A stretch of 32,000 bases of DNA from Arthrobacter sp. NPDC089319 (GCF_040684925.1 NZ_JBFBGZ010000005.1:5775-37774), one strand, 5' to 3'; shown: positions 8,160 through 17,288, numbered from the stretch's first letter. The notes: generated by a model not told the origin, from the sequence alone. Numbers and translations: made by a program.

Positions 8160-8465
8160 ATGTTCACCTTACAGATTGGCTATCCGGTCCGGGATTACGC
8201 GGAATGGAAGAAAGTTTTCGACAGCGATCCCGCAGGCCGCGCCGCCTCGGGCGCCCGGTCTGTCCGGGTATTCCGGGACACAGACGACCAAAACAACGTG
8301 GCCGTGCTCCTCGACTTCGATACCAGGGACGCCGCGACCGCCTTTTTGGAACGGCTGCGCAGCCAGGTGTGGGACAAACCGGAGGTGATAGGGCAACTGA
8401 TGTCGGGATCGCCGACAGCCAGGATTCTGGAGGAGGTGGCCCGCGAGGGTCAGGCCGCGGGTTGA
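8160..8465 (+). CDS. small hypothetical protein (101 aa), probable ferredoxin-like alpha/beta fold
   Basis: Strong SD GGAGGGAAAGGAACGAGG directly upstream of the ATG, and good GC3. Distant similarity to the 7026-7298 product (..V.D...W.......G..vR.F.D....N.V.lll-..d...f..). Confidence 0.55.
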   Translation: MFTLQIGYPVRDYAEWKKVFDSDPAGRAASGARSVRVFRDTDDQNNVAVLLDFDTRDAATAFLERLRSQVWDKPEVIGQLMSGSPTARILEEVAREGQAAG

Positions 8466-8570
8466 CCACTCATCGGCCAGCGGGTGACGACCGGCCCCTT
8501 CAGCCATTCGCGCGTCGCCGGCCACCGGTGGCTGGTAGAGGGCTTCTGTCTGGACTCTCAGCTCGTTAGC

Positions 8571-9017
8571 ATGTGGCGCATGGCCATCAAACTTGAGAAC
8601 GTCGGCATCGCCGTTCGCGACCTCGAAGCAACGATCGCCTTTTTCACCGACCTCGGTCTGACGGTTATCGGCCGTGACACGGTCAGTGGTGAGTGGACGG
8701 ACACCGCCGTCGGACTTGATGGCAACCACGCCAAGATCGCGATGCTGCAGACCCCGGACGGCCACGGCCGGCTCGAGCTTTTCGAATACATCCACCCCGA
8801 AGCGATCGAGTCGATGCCGACCCGCCCCAACGAGATCGGCATGCACCGCGTCGCTTTCTCGGTCGATGATTTGGACAAGGCCCTGGAGATTGCTGAGACC
8901 CACGGCTGCCGTCCGCTTCGCGGTGTGGCGACTTATGCGGACGTCTACAGGCTCACGTACGTCCGCGGCCCCAGCGGCATCATCGTGATGCTCGCTGAGG
9001 AACTGAAGAAAAGCTGA
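8571..9017 (+). CDS. VOC / glyoxalase-bleomycin resistance family protein
   Basis: MAIKLENVGIAVRDLEATIAFFTDLGLTVIG...GHGRLELFEY...GMHRVAFSVDDLDKALE is a typical paired beta-alpha-beta-beta-beta VOC module. The start could be ATG 8571 or ATG 8580. The 8484 start in the ORF track adds a non-homologous extension. Confidence 0.8.
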   Translation: MWRMAIKLENVGIAVRDLEATIAFFTDLGLTVIGRDTVSGEWTDTAVGLDGNHAKIAMLQTPDGHGRLELFEYIHPEAIESMPTRPNEIGMHRVAFSVDDLDKALEIAETHGCRPLRGVATYADVYRLTYVRGPSGIIVMLAEELKKS

Positions 9018-9066
9018 CCGCCGATTTGCCCATCCGGATGCAGGCGGGGGCGCGAACCATATCCCG

Positions 9067-9582
9067 TCAGCCCATCGGAGGAGTGAGGCCGTACCGTGCG
9101 ATGATGTCCGGGAGCCACGGGGCCTCGCCGAACTGGAGTCCGTACTCGGCTGCCAGCTTGGCGATGGCTTCGGGGTCGGTTGGTTCCCCGGCTTCGAGTT
9201 GATCGGCCACACCCCAGAAGAAGTGCTCGAAACCGGCGGGGCTGATCACTTCGATCATCCTCGCGGGAGTCTTGCCTGCGTTCCACATGGTGTGCAGTTC
9301 GCCGCGCGGCTTCGTGATGTAACCCCCGGCGCCCAGCACCGCCTCGCGCTCGCCGGAGCGGAACCCGATCTCGCCTTCAAGGACGATCGAATACTCGTCC
9401 TCGCGGGTGTGCAGGTGCGGCGGAACCAAAGCCCCAACCGGGAACGGATGCTCCACGATCGAGATCTGCTCGTTGGTGTGTTCGCCGAACAGTTTGAAGA
9501 CAACCCCGATACTCCCGAGACTGCCTTGGCGTCCTTCGCCTGGCTGCACGACGGTGAGCCGCGGAGCCTCCTCAGCGCCCAT
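9067..9582 (-). CDS. cupin domain protein
   Basis: 171 aa. Cupin motifs ...PPHLHTREDEYSIVLEGEIGF...GGYITKPRGELHTMWN. SD GAAGGGGTGG upstream of ATG 9582. Confidence 0.8.
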   Translation of the reverse strand: MGAEEAPRLTVVQPGEGRQGSLGSIGVVFKLFGEHTNEQISIVEHPFPVGALVPPHLHTREDEYSIVLEGEIGFRSGEREAVLGAGGYITKPRGELHTMWNAGKTPARMIEVISPAGFEHFFWGVADQLEAGEPTDPEAIAKLAAEYGLQFGEAPWLPDIIARYGLTPPMG

Positions 9583-9599
9583 GACCGGCCACCCCTTCT

Positions 9600-9629
9600 A
9601 ATTCGATATACACTTGTGTATATCGAATT
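9600..9629. promoter_or_regulatory. 30-bp perfect palindrome, probable TetR operator in the cupin/tetR divergent intergenic region
   Basis: AATTCGATATACAC-TT-GTGTATATCGAATT has 14-bp perfect arms and is AT-rich in a GC-rich genome. It lies 18 nt upstream of the cupin start and 74 nt upstream of the TetR start. Confidence 0.65.
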
Positions 9630-9702
9630 GTCCAACCGCAAAGGGATCGGCGTCAATACTTTGAGCGAACAGCAACGTTCAACCACATCGCGGCCGTATC
9701 AA

Positions 9703-10278
9703 ATGGTTAAGCGCGCCGAGCAGGTGGACACCACGCGTCAGCGCATCGTCGACGCGGCGGTGGCCCTGCACGGTTCGGTAGGCCCAGCCCGCACGACGAT
9801 CGCCGGCGTCGCCGAGCGGGCCGGCGTGACCCGTCTGACGGTCTACCGGCATTTTTCCGACGACGAGGCGCTGTTCGCTGCCTGTTCCTCGCATTGGCTG
9901 TCACAGCAACAGCTTCCGAATCCAGCTGCTTGGGCAGAGCTTCCGGATCCTCTGGAACGCCTGCACGCTGGACTAACGGATCTCTACCGGTTTTATCGCG
10001 GTGGCGAGTCGATGCTCGCGCGCATCTATGCGGATTGGGAAGCACTCCCGGACAAACGCCGCAGAGAGCTCAAGGAGCGCAACACGTTTTTCCGCGATGC
10101 CCTGCTCGAGCCGTTTCCGGTCTCCCGCAGGCGCGATCAGCTGCGCGCCGTCGTCGGCCATGCTGTCTCCTTCTGGACGTGGCGGTCGCTCTGCCTCGAC
10201 AACGGGCTTTCTAATCGGGACGCCGTCCAGGTCATGACCGCCTTGGCGGTAGCGACGGTCGGCGAGGGCAGGCGGTAG
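9703..10278 (+). CDS. TetR/AcrR family transcriptional regulator
   Basis: From ATG 9703: MVKRAEQVDTTRQRIVDAAVALHGSVGPARTTIAGVAERAGVTRLTVYRHFSDDEALF, an N-terminal HTH; 191 aa. The upstream part of the 9199 ORF is antisense to the cupin gene and is rejected. Confidence 0.85.
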   Translation: MVKRAEQVDTTRQRIVDAAVALHGSVGPARTTIAGVAERAGVTRLTVYRHFSDDEALFAACSSHWLSQQQLPNPAAWAELPDPLERLHAGLTDLYRFYRGGESMLARIYADWEALPDKRRRELKERNTFFRDALLEPFPVSRRRDQLRAVVGHAVSFWTWRSLCLDNGLSNRDAVQVMTALAVATVGEGRR

Positions 10279-10341
10279 CCCTGAGGCAGCAGCAGGGCAA
10301 AACGGACAGTGGCGGCCCGTCCCCTCGGGTAGGCTGCGGGC

Positions 10342-10797
10342 ATGACGTTGCGTCCAGTTTTCGGCGCCTTGGCCGCCGCCCTGCTCCTCTCCGTGACGGC
10401 TTGTGGCCCCCTGGGCGTGACTCCGGAGACAGCGAATACCCAAGTCCAGCGCGACCCGGATGAGTGGGTGAACCAGCAGTTCAGCGGAGGGAAGTGGGGG
10501 CCGCCCGGCGTCTATCGTGCAGGCGGCGGCATCGGCGGCCCTGGCGACGAAACAGGATTGGAGTTCACACCGGCGAAGCCGGGTTGGTACCGCATCGGGA
10601 TGGTGTGCGAGGGCGCAAGCTCCATGACTGTAACCGCCACAGCCAGCGGCGAGGCACTCGGCACCGGCAGCACGGACTGCGGATCCGAAGTGACCACCAC
10701 TATGGAGTTGCCCGCCAGCAAGGTCATGATTGCAGTCGAAGGTGCCGAGGCCCAGGGCATGTGGGCCTTGGCCGTGGCGCCGACCGAAGCCCCCTAG
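10342..10797 (+). CDS. putative secreted lipoprotein, function unknown
   Basis: Signal peptide with lipobox MTLRPVFGALAAALLLSVTAC|G; 151 aa; beta-rich mature part with two further Cys. Confidence 0.6.
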   Translation: MTLRPVFGALAAALLLSVTACGPLGVTPETANTQVQRDPDEWVNQQFSGGKWGPPGVYRAGGGIGGPGDETGLEFTPAKPGWYRIGMVCEGASSMTVTATASGEALGTGSTDCGSEVTTTMELPASKVMIAVEGAEAQGMWALAVAPTEAP

Positions 10798-10896
10798 CCG
10801 ACGTCTGAAGCGGCAGAGGATCGGCCATCGGATCACTGCCCGGGTGGCGCACGCTTCGTCATTCCCGACGACGAACGGGGTGCGGCCGATTGAGTC

Positions 10897-11541
10897 CTAG
10901 CGCCGGAATGTCAGGTGGACCGTGCCGGTCTCGGCCGTCTCGGCGGTGATGTCGTAGTCGGACTCCAAGCCGCGCAGGCCGTCCCAGAGACGAGTGCCGC
11001 TACCCAGGATGATCGGAGCGATCGCCACGTGGAGTTGGTCGACGAGCCCGGCCTTCAGGAAATCGCGGACGACGCTCGCTCCGCCGCCAACACGGATGTC
11101 CTTGCCTCCGGCAGCTTCCCGCGCGCGATCGAGCGCCTCGCGCGGCGTTGCGGAGAGGAAGTGGAATGTGGTGCCGCCGTTCATCTCGATCGAGGGCCGA
11201 GGGACGCGGTGCGTGAGCACGAAAACCGGGATTCGAAAAGGGGGCTCGTCGCCCCACCATCCTCGCCAGTCCGGATCGTCGGGGAAGTTGTGCAGGCCGA
11301 ACATGCCCGCGCCCATGATCTCTGCTCCGGTGTCAGCGAAGTACGCCTTCGCATACTCGTCGTCCACTCCGGTAGTTCCCTCACCCGAGGTGTCGTGTAG
11401 GACGCGCTCGCGGAAGGTCCGGGTCGCGGCATATGCGCCAACCAGGCGAGGCCAGTCTTCGCCGAAGGGTTTCTCCGGGGTTTGATCCGTTGTCGTCGCA
11501 AATCCGTCGAGCGAGATGTTGAGGTCAACGCGAACAGCCAT
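10897..11541 (-). CDS. dihydrofolate reductase-like (RibD C-terminal domain) family protein
   Basis: MAVRVDLNISLDGFATT...GKDIRVGGGASVVRDFLKAGLVDQLHVAIAPIILGSGTRLWDG is typical of the DHFR-like/RibD_C family; 214 aa. Confidence 0.8.
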   Translation of the reverse strand: MAVRVDLNISLDGFATTTDQTPEKPFGEDWPRLVGAYAATRTFRERVLHDTSGEGTTGVDDEYAKAYFADTGAEIMGAGMFGLHNFPDDPDWRGWWGDEPPFRIPVFVLTHRVPRPSIEMNGGTTFHFLSATPREALDRAREAAGGKDIRVGGGASVVRDFLKAGLVDQLHVAIAPIILGSGTRLWDGLRGLESDYDITAETAETGTVHLTFRR

Positions 11542-11778
11542 CGTTACTCCGAGTCATGAGTGCTTGCCGATTGCCAACACGATACTGGAGGCGCCGAGCT
11601 CGTCAAGGAGTATTCCGTGGACCCACAGTCCGGTTGACGGATCGTGCCTCTTCCACCTCATCGATCCGTAGCGCCTCAAGCGCCGGCTGAGGTGTGAGGA
11701 GTGCTCGGCGGACGGCATCTTTGATGAGCCAACGTGGACTCTTGACAGCCAGATGCGTGCTCTGCATTCTGGGCGGAG

Positions 11779-12906
11779 GTGCTCCATCGATATTCCACAG
11801 GCGAAGCAGTCATGCGGCCAGAGTGGCAGGAAACCGTGAAACGTCACCTCCAACGACGGGCGGCAAGTAGCCGGCGCAGTATCTTGGGCATGGCCTCGGT
11901 GATTGTGTTCCTTTTGGTCGTCGGGTGGGGCATGTTCTTCGCCGTCGTCTTACCGGGACAGTACGAAGTGGCCGACCGGGCGCCGTTCGGCCTGGGACTG
12001 GCATTCACGGCATTCATCCTGGGCGCGCGGCACGCGTTTGACGCCGACCACATTGCGGCGGTGGACAACACAACACGCAAGCTGGTGGGGGAGGGTCGCC
12101 GGCCGGTGTCCGCGGGGTTCTGGTTCGCCCTGGGACATTCGACCGTCGTGATCGTTGCTGTCACGCTGCTGGCCGCCGGGCTGAATAGGTTGGCGGACCA
12201 GATTTCCGACGGCGATTCATTGCTGGCTTCCCTCACCGGAGTGTGGGGTGTCATCGTCTCGGGACTGTTCCTGCTCCTGATCGGTTCACTGAATCTCTAT
12301 TCGCTTATCGGGATCGCCCGCGTATTCCGCCAGTTGAGGAGCGGCGAATACAACGAAGCTGAAATCGAGGACCTGCTGCAAAAGCGCGGCGTCCTTAACC
12401 GGGTCTTGGCACCGCTGGCCCGACAGATCGACCGACCGTGGAAGATGTACCCCATCGGAGTGCTGTTCGGATTGGGGTTCGATACGGCAACGACGATTGG
12501 GTTGTTTGTCATCGGCGGCAGCGCCGCCCTGACCGCTCCCTGGTATGTGGTTCTTGTCCTACCGATCTTGTTCACCGCGGGCATGACGTTGTTCGACACA
12601 CTCGACGGCGTCTTCATGCACCGGGCCTATCAGTGGGCCTACGCGCGCCCGGTCCGGAAGGTGTACTACAACCTCATGGTGACCGGCACATCCGTCATCG
12701 TGGCTTTCCTCGTCGGGGGAGTAGGCCTGTTGGGGCTGGTGGCCGAGAGAATGCAGGTAGATAGCGGTCCCGTTGCCTGGGTGGCTTCCGTGAACCTGGA
12801 GAACTTCGGCTTTTTGATCTGCGGGCTGTTTGCCGCAACCTGGCTGGCGGCGGTCGCGTACTGGAAACTGGGCAAAGTCGAGGCCCGCTATTCACTGCCC
12901 GACTAA
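11779..12906 (+). CDS. hoxN: HoxN/HupN/NixA-family (NiCoT) nickel/cobalt permease
   Basis: NiCoT signature in TM2, GARHAFDADHIAAVDNTTRKL, then FALGHSTVV and LFGLGFDTATTIGL; about 8 TM helices. The true start is uncertain (ATG 11779, ATG 11812, or later). Confidence 0.85.
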   Translation: MLHRYSTGEAVMRPEWQETVKRHLQRRAASSRRSILGMASVIVFLLVVGWGMFFAVVLPGQYEVADRAPFGLGLAFTAFILGARHAFDADHIAAVDNTTRKLVGEGRRPVSAGFWFALGHSTVVIVAVTLLAAGLNRLADQISDGDSLLASLTGVWGVIVSGLFLLLIGSLNLYSLIGIARVFRQLRSGEYNEAEIEDLLQKRGVLNRVLAPLARQIDRPWKMYPIGVLFGLGFDTATTIGLFVIGGSAALTAPWYVVLVLPILFTAGMTLFDTLDGVFMHRAYQWAYARPVRKVYYNLMVTGTSVIVAFLVGGVGLLGLVAERMQVDSGPVAWVASVNLENFGFLICGLFAATWLAAVAYWKLGKVEARYSLPD

Positions 12907-13119
12907 CTGTCCAAACCGGGTGCCACCGCGCAGCACCCGGGACAACGCGATCGCTTCACGCGGCGCTGGCGGCATCCGGGACACGATCTCGACGGCACCT
13001 ACGGTTCGCTCCTCGACAGTTCCTGCTGGACTTGGACGGCTGGTCCGCTTCACGACTGAGCGCCTGAATGACAGGCTGGGGCCCATACGCGGCAACCTTC
13101 GATGCGTCAAGGCTTATGG

Positions 13120-13148
13120 TTGCGCATTGTCCCGCACACGCCTATCTT
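13120..13148 (+). promoter_or_regulatory. putative promoter of the hypA-hypB-hhy operon
   Basis: TTGCGC (13120-13125), a 17-nt spacer, then TATCTT (13143-13148), followed about 22 nt later by SD GAGGTGG and hypA ATG 13171. Sequence-pattern call only. Confidence 0.25.
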
Positions 13149-13170
13149 GGAGTTCACGAGGTGGCAGACC

Positions 13171-13500
13171 ATGCATGAGCTCTCACTGACGGAAAGCCTT
13201 ATCGACGCCGTCCTGGAAAGAACAGGTGATCGGCAGGTTACCCTCGTGAATCTTCGCATTGGGGCGCTCTCAGGTGTGTTGCCGGATGCCATGCGCTTTT
13301 GCTTCGAAGTCGCCTCCGCCGGGACGGCGCTGGCCGGGGCGCAGCTGAATATCGATGAGCCCCGCGGCCTGGGCCGGTGTCGCAATTGCAAGCGTGATTT
13401 CGTGTTGGAAGACGTGATTCTGCTGTGCCCCTGCGGCAGTGCCGACGTGGAAGTCCTCGGCGGCCGTGAACTGACGGTGACGTCGGTGGAGGTGGCATAG
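13171..13500 (+). CDS. hypA: hydrogenase nickel-insertion metallochaperone HypA
   Basis: N-terminal MHE Ni-binding motif (MHELSLTESL), zinc-site Cys CRNC...CPC; 109 aa. The stop TAG 13498-13500 abuts hypB ATG 13501. Confidence 0.9.
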   Translation: MHELSLTESLIDAVLERTGDRQVTLVNLRIGALSGVLPDAMRFCFEVASAGTALAGAQLNIDEPRGLGRCRNCKRDFVLEDVILLCPCGSADVEVLGGRELTVTSVEVA

Positions 13501-14367
13501 ATGTGTACCACCTGTGGCTGTGGAGACGCCGAAAATACGAGGGTGTCGGGCCTCGAGATTGCGCCGGCCGGCCACGACCATCCACATGATCCCAGTCATC
13601 CCCATGACCATGCCCATGACCATGCCCATGCCCACGGGCATGCCCATGAACACGACCACGGGCATGCTCCCAACGGCGCGCAAACCCTTGTGCTTGAGCA
13701 GGACCTGCTCGCCAAAAACGACCTGCTCGCAGCCCGGAACCGCGGCTGGCTGGAGGGCCGGAGCATCCGCGCCCTCAACGTGATGAGCTCGCCCGGCGCC
13801 GGCAAGACCACGCTGCTGGTCAGGACTCTGCAGGAACTGGGCGACCGGCTGCGGGCCGGCGTTATCGAAGGCGACCAGGAAACGTCGCTGGATGCCGACC
13901 GCATCCGTGCACTGGGACGGCCTGTCATCCAGATCAACACGGGGGCCGGTTGCCACCTCGATGCCGACATGCTCCGCCGAGGACTCGATGCCCTAAACCC
14001 GGCCACGGATTCGACGGTGTTCATCGAAAACGTCGGCAACCTCGTGTGTCCGGCGCTCTTCGACCTAGGCGAAGCAGCCAAGGTGGTGATCATTTCGGTG
14101 ACGGAAGGTGATGACAAACCCCAGAAGTACCCGCACATGTTCATGGCGGCCGACTTGGTGATCGTCAATAAGTCGGACTTGTTGCCTTACGTGGATTTCG
14201 ATACCGGTGCGTGCCTGGAGCGCATCCGCCAGCTCAATCCGCGGACAGAATTCATGGTCGTTTCGGCCACCACCGGCGAGGGGCTGCCCCGCTGGTATGA
14301 GTGGCTCGAAGGCGACTCACCCGAGCCGGAAACCCTGACCGGGTCACTGACTACCGACGCTCACTGA
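13501..14367 (+). CDS. hypB: hydrogenase nickel-incorporation GTPase HypB with His-rich tract
   Basis: N-terminal MCTTCGCGD high-affinity metal motif, His-rich HDHPHDPSHPHDHAHDHAHAHGHAHEHDHGH, P-loop SSPGAGKTTLL, ENVGNLVCPA, and NKSDL. Confidence 0.93.
   Translation: MCTTCGCGDAENTRVSGLEIAPAGHDHPHDPSHPHDHAHDHAHAHGHAHEHDHGHAPNGAQTLVLEQDLLAKNDLLAARNRGWLEGRSIRALNVMSSPGAGKTTLLVRTLQELGDRLRAGVIEGDQETSLDADRIRALGRPVIQINTGAGCHLDADMLRRGLDALNPATDSTVFIENVGNLVCPALFDLGEAAKVVIISVTEGDDKPQKYPHMFMAADLVIVNKSDLLPYVDFDTGACLERIRQLNPRTEFMVVSATTGEGLPRWYEWLEGDSPEPETLTGSLTTDAH
13571..13668 (+). repeat. imperfect short tandem repeat (CAY GAC / CAT GCC units) encoding the HypB poly-His/Asp/Ala tract
   Basis: catgaccatgcccatgaccatgcccatgcccacgggcatgcccatgaacacgaccacgggcat. 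This is a coding low-complexity repeat. Confidence 0.7.
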
Positions 14368-14396
14368 GTCCTTCAAGGGCTCTGAAGGAGGCACTG

Positions 14397-15455
14397 ATGC
14401 CTACCGAAACTTCCTTGCAGGCCGAAGAAGCTCTCATCCACGTGCTGTGGATCAACGCGGGGCTCAGTTGCGACGGAGATTCGGTCGCGCTGACGGCGGC
14501 CACCCAGCCCAGCGTCGAGGAGATCGCGCTCGGGGCGCTGCCCGGGTTGCCGAGGATCGCCATGCACTGGCCGCTGATCGACTTCGAGTGCGGGCCCCAG
14601 GAAGGGGCCGACGACTTCCTCGAGTGGTTCCGGAAGGCGGACCGCGGCGAACTGGAGCCGTTCGTCCTGGTGGTCGAGGGCTCCATCCCGAACGAGCAGC
14701 TCCACGATCCGGGCGGCTACTGGTGCGGCTTCGGCAATGACTTGGAGACCGGACAGCCGATCACCACCAGCGAATGGCTGGACCGGCTGGCACCGAAAGC
14801 CACCGCGATCATTGCGGCCGGCACCTGCGCCACGTACGGCGGCATCCATGCGATGGCCGGCAACCCGACCGGTGCCATGGGAGTACCCGACTATCTGGGG
14901 TACGACTGGAATTCCAAAGCAGGCATCCCGATCGTTTGCGTCCCGGGTTGTCCCATCCAGCCGGACAACCTTTCGGAAACCATCACGTATCTGCTCTACC
15001 AAGCCACGGGGCAGGCACCCCCGATTCCGCTGGACGAGTCGCTGCGCCCCACCTGGCTGTTCGGCAAGACCGTCCATGAAGGCTGCGACCGCGCCGGTTA
15101 CTACGAGCAGGCCGATTTCGCCACCGAGTACGGGTCGCCGAAGTGCATCGTCAAGCTCGGCTGCTGGGGCCCAGTGGTCAAGTGCAATGTCCCGAAGCGG
15201 GGCTGGATGAACGGTCTCGGCGGCTGCCCCAACGTCGGCGGTATCTGCATCGGCTGCACGATGCCGGGATTCCCGGACAAGTTCATGCCGTTCATGGACG
15301 AACCTCCCGGCGGCAAGCTGTCAACCAATGCCGTCCGCCCGTACGGTTCGGCGATCAAGGCCTTGCGCGGCATTACGGCCAACACACTGGACAAGGAACC
15401 CAAGTGGCGCAGGCCCGGACGTGAACTTCTGACCGGTGCCCGGCGCACCTGGTAA
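14397..15455 (+). CDS. hhyS: [NiFe]-hydrogenase small subunit, group 1h/5 type (no Tat signal)
   Basis: SD GAAGGAGG upstream of ATG 14397. LWINAGLSCDGDS (N-terminal cluster motif with Asp where most small subunits have the second Cys), GTCATYGG, and a C-terminal Cys-rich region HEGCDRAGYY..CIVKLGCWGPVVKCNVP..GGCPNVGGICIGCTMPGFPD. There is no RRxF twin-arginine leader. Confidence 0.9.
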   Translation: MPTETSLQAEEALIHVLWINAGLSCDGDSVALTAATQPSVEEIALGALPGLPRIAMHWPLIDFECGPQEGADDFLEWFRKADRGELEPFVLVVEGSIPNEQLHDPGGYWCGFGNDLETGQPITTSEWLDRLAPKATAIIAAGTCATYGGIHAMAGNPTGAMGVPDYLGYDWNSKAGIPIVCVPGCPIQPDNLSETITYLLYQATGQAPPIPLDESLRPTWLFGKTVHEGCDRAGYYEQADFATEYGSPKCIVKLGCWGPVVKCNVPKRGWMNGLGGCPNVGGICIGCTMPGFPDKFMPFMDEPPGGKLSTNAVRPYGSAIKALRGITANTLDKEPKWRRPGRELLTGARRTW

Positions 15456-15488
15456 CCGAACGGCTACTTCCAGACAAGGCGAAGCACA

Positions 15489-17282
15489 ATGACCTCCACA
15501 ATTCCAACGCCTTCCCCAAGCAGCACCGGCGGCAACAACCTTGTGGAGATGGCATGGGACCCCATCACCCGGATCGTCGGCAGCCTCGGCATCTACACCA
15601 AGATTGATTTCGAGAACAACCAGGTTGTCGAGTGCCGCAGCACGTCCTCGATCTTCCGCGGCTACTCGTTGTTCATGAAAGGCAAGGATCCCCGCGACGC
15701 CCACTTCATCACCAGCCGGATCTGCGGCATCTGCGGCGACAACCATGCCACCTGCTCCTGCTATGCCCAGAACATGGCCTACGGGGTCAAACCTCCGAAT
15801 CTGGGCGAGTGGATCGTGAACCTCGGCGAAGCTGCCGAGTACATGTTCGACCACAACATCTTCCAGGAGAACCTCGTCGGCGTGGACTACTGCGAAAAGA
15901 TGGTCTCCGAAACCAACCCCGGCGTGCTGGCGAAGGCGGAGAACACCCGCGCCCCGCACGAAGCCGACCATGGCTACCGGACGATCGCGGACATCATGCG
16001 CTCCTTGAACCCGTTCACCGGCGAGTTCTACCGGGAGGCCCTGCAGGTCAGCCGGCTCACGCGTGAAATGTTCTGCCTGATGGAGGGACGCCACGTCCAC
16101 CCGTCGACGCTGTACCCAGGTGGCGTCGGCACGGTGGCGACCATCCAACTCATGACCGACTACATCACCCGGCTGATGCGCTACGTCGAGTTCATGAAGA
16201 AGGTTGTGCCGATGCATGACGACCTCTTCGACTTCTTCTACGAGGCCCTGCCGGGCTACGAGCAGGTGGGCCTGCGGCGCACCCTGCTCGGCTGCTGGGG
16301 TGCCTTCCAGGACCCGGAGGTCTGCAATTTCGAGTACAAGGACATGACCGACTGGGGCCGGAAGATGTTCGTGACTCCCGGCGTCGTGGTGGACGGAAAT
16401 CTGGTAACCACCGATCTCGTGCGGATCAACCTCGGAATACGGATCATGCTCGGTTCCTCGTACTACGAGGACTGGGAGGGCCAGGAGATGTTCGTGACGC
16501 GGGATCCGCTGGGAAACCCGGTGGACCGCCGGCACCCATGGAACCAGCACACCAACCCGAAGCCGCAGAAGCGCGACCTGTCGGAGAAGTACAGCTGGGT
16601 CATGTCCCCGCGCTGGTTCGACGGCACGGACAACCTCGCCCTGGACACCGGCGGCGGCCCGCTGGCCCGGCTCTGGTCGACGGCGCTCGCAGGGCTGGTC
16701 GACATCGGCTACATCAAGGCCACCGGCCACAGCGTGCAGATCAACCTGCCCAAGACCGCGCTGAAGGGGCCGGTATCCTTCGAGTGGCACACCCCGCAGT
16801 GGAGCAACACGCTGGAGCGCAACCGGGCCCGGACATACTTCCAGGCCTACGCCGCCGCAGCCGCACTGCATTTCGCCGAGCAGGCGCTCGAAGAGATCCG
16901 CGCCGGCAGGACCAAGACCTGGGAAACCTTCGAAGTCCCGGACGAGGCCTTCAGTTGCGGCTTCACCGAGGCCGTGCGCGGCGTGCTGTCGCACCACATG
17001 GTGATCCGCGACGGCAAGATCGCCAACTACCACCCGTACCCGCCGACCCCGTGGAACGCGAGCCCCACGGATTCCCAGGGCATTTCCGGGCCGTACGAGG
17101 ACGCGGTCCAGGGGCAGCCCATCTTCGAGGAGAACGACCGCGAGCATTTCAAGGGGATCGACATCATGCGCACGGTGCGTAGCTTCGACCCGTGCCTGCC
17201 CTGCGGTGTCCACATGTACCTGGGCAAGGGACAGACCCTGGACAAACTGCACTCGCCAACCCAGACGATGACCGGCGAGTGA
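15489..17282 (+). CDS. hhyL: [NiFe]-hydrogenase large subunit, group 1h/5 (high-affinity, O2-insensitive 'actinobacterial' type)
   Basis: 597 aa. L1 motif TSRICGICGDNH and L2 motif SFDPCLPCGVH, which as I recall are the published group 5/1h signatures. A 22-aa extension (MYLGKGQTLDKLHSPTQTMTGE) follows the terminal His, as expected for protease-processed precursors. Confidence 0.95.
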   Translation: MTSTIPTPSPSSTGGNNLVEMAWDPITRIVGSLGIYTKIDFENNQVVECRSTSSIFRGYSLFMKGKDPRDAHFITSRICGICGDNHATCSCYAQNMAYGVKPPNLGEWIVNLGEAAEYMFDHNIFQENLVGVDYCEKMVSETNPGVLAKAENTRAPHEADHGYRTIADIMRSLNPFTGEFYREALQVSRLTREMFCLMEGRHVHPSTLYPGGVGTVATIQLMTDYITRLMRYVEFMKKVVPMHDDLFDFFYEALPGYEQVGLRRTLLGCWGAFQDPEVCNFEYKDMTDWGRKMFVTPGVVVDGNLVTTDLVRINLGIRIMLGSSYYEDWEGQEMFVTRDPLGNPVDRRHPWNQHTNPKPQKRDLSEKYSWVMSPRWFDGTDNLALDTGGGPLARLWSTALAGLVDIGYIKATGHSVQINLPKTALKGPVSFEWHTPQWSNTLERNRARTYFQAYAAAAALHFAEQALEEIRAGRTKTWETFEVPDEAFSCGFTEAVRGVLSHHMVIRDGKIANYHPYPPTPWNASPTDSQGISGPYEDAVQGQPIFEENDREHFKGIDIMRTVRSFDPCLPCGVHMYLGKGQTLDKLHSPTQTMTGE

Positions 17283-17288
17283 CCCGCC

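Noticed and set aside
8169-9212. 347-aa ORF on the minus strand
   Set aside because: It overlaps three better-supported genes (the 8160 small protein, the VOC protein and the cupin), and its composition is low-complexity.
9973-10836. 287-aa ORF on the minus strand
   Set aside because: Antisense to the TetR and lipoprotein genes, with no recognisable domain.
11742-11770. TTGACA-17-CATTCT as the hoxN promoter
   Set aside because: The -10 hexamer is poor. The element would lie upstream of the 11779 ATG but would force use of a later start. This is too uncertain to list as a feature.
11554-11853. 99-aa minus-strand ORF upstream of the Ni permease
   Set aside because: It overlaps the hoxN-like start region and has no SD or motif. 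It is probably non-coding promoter or leader sequence.
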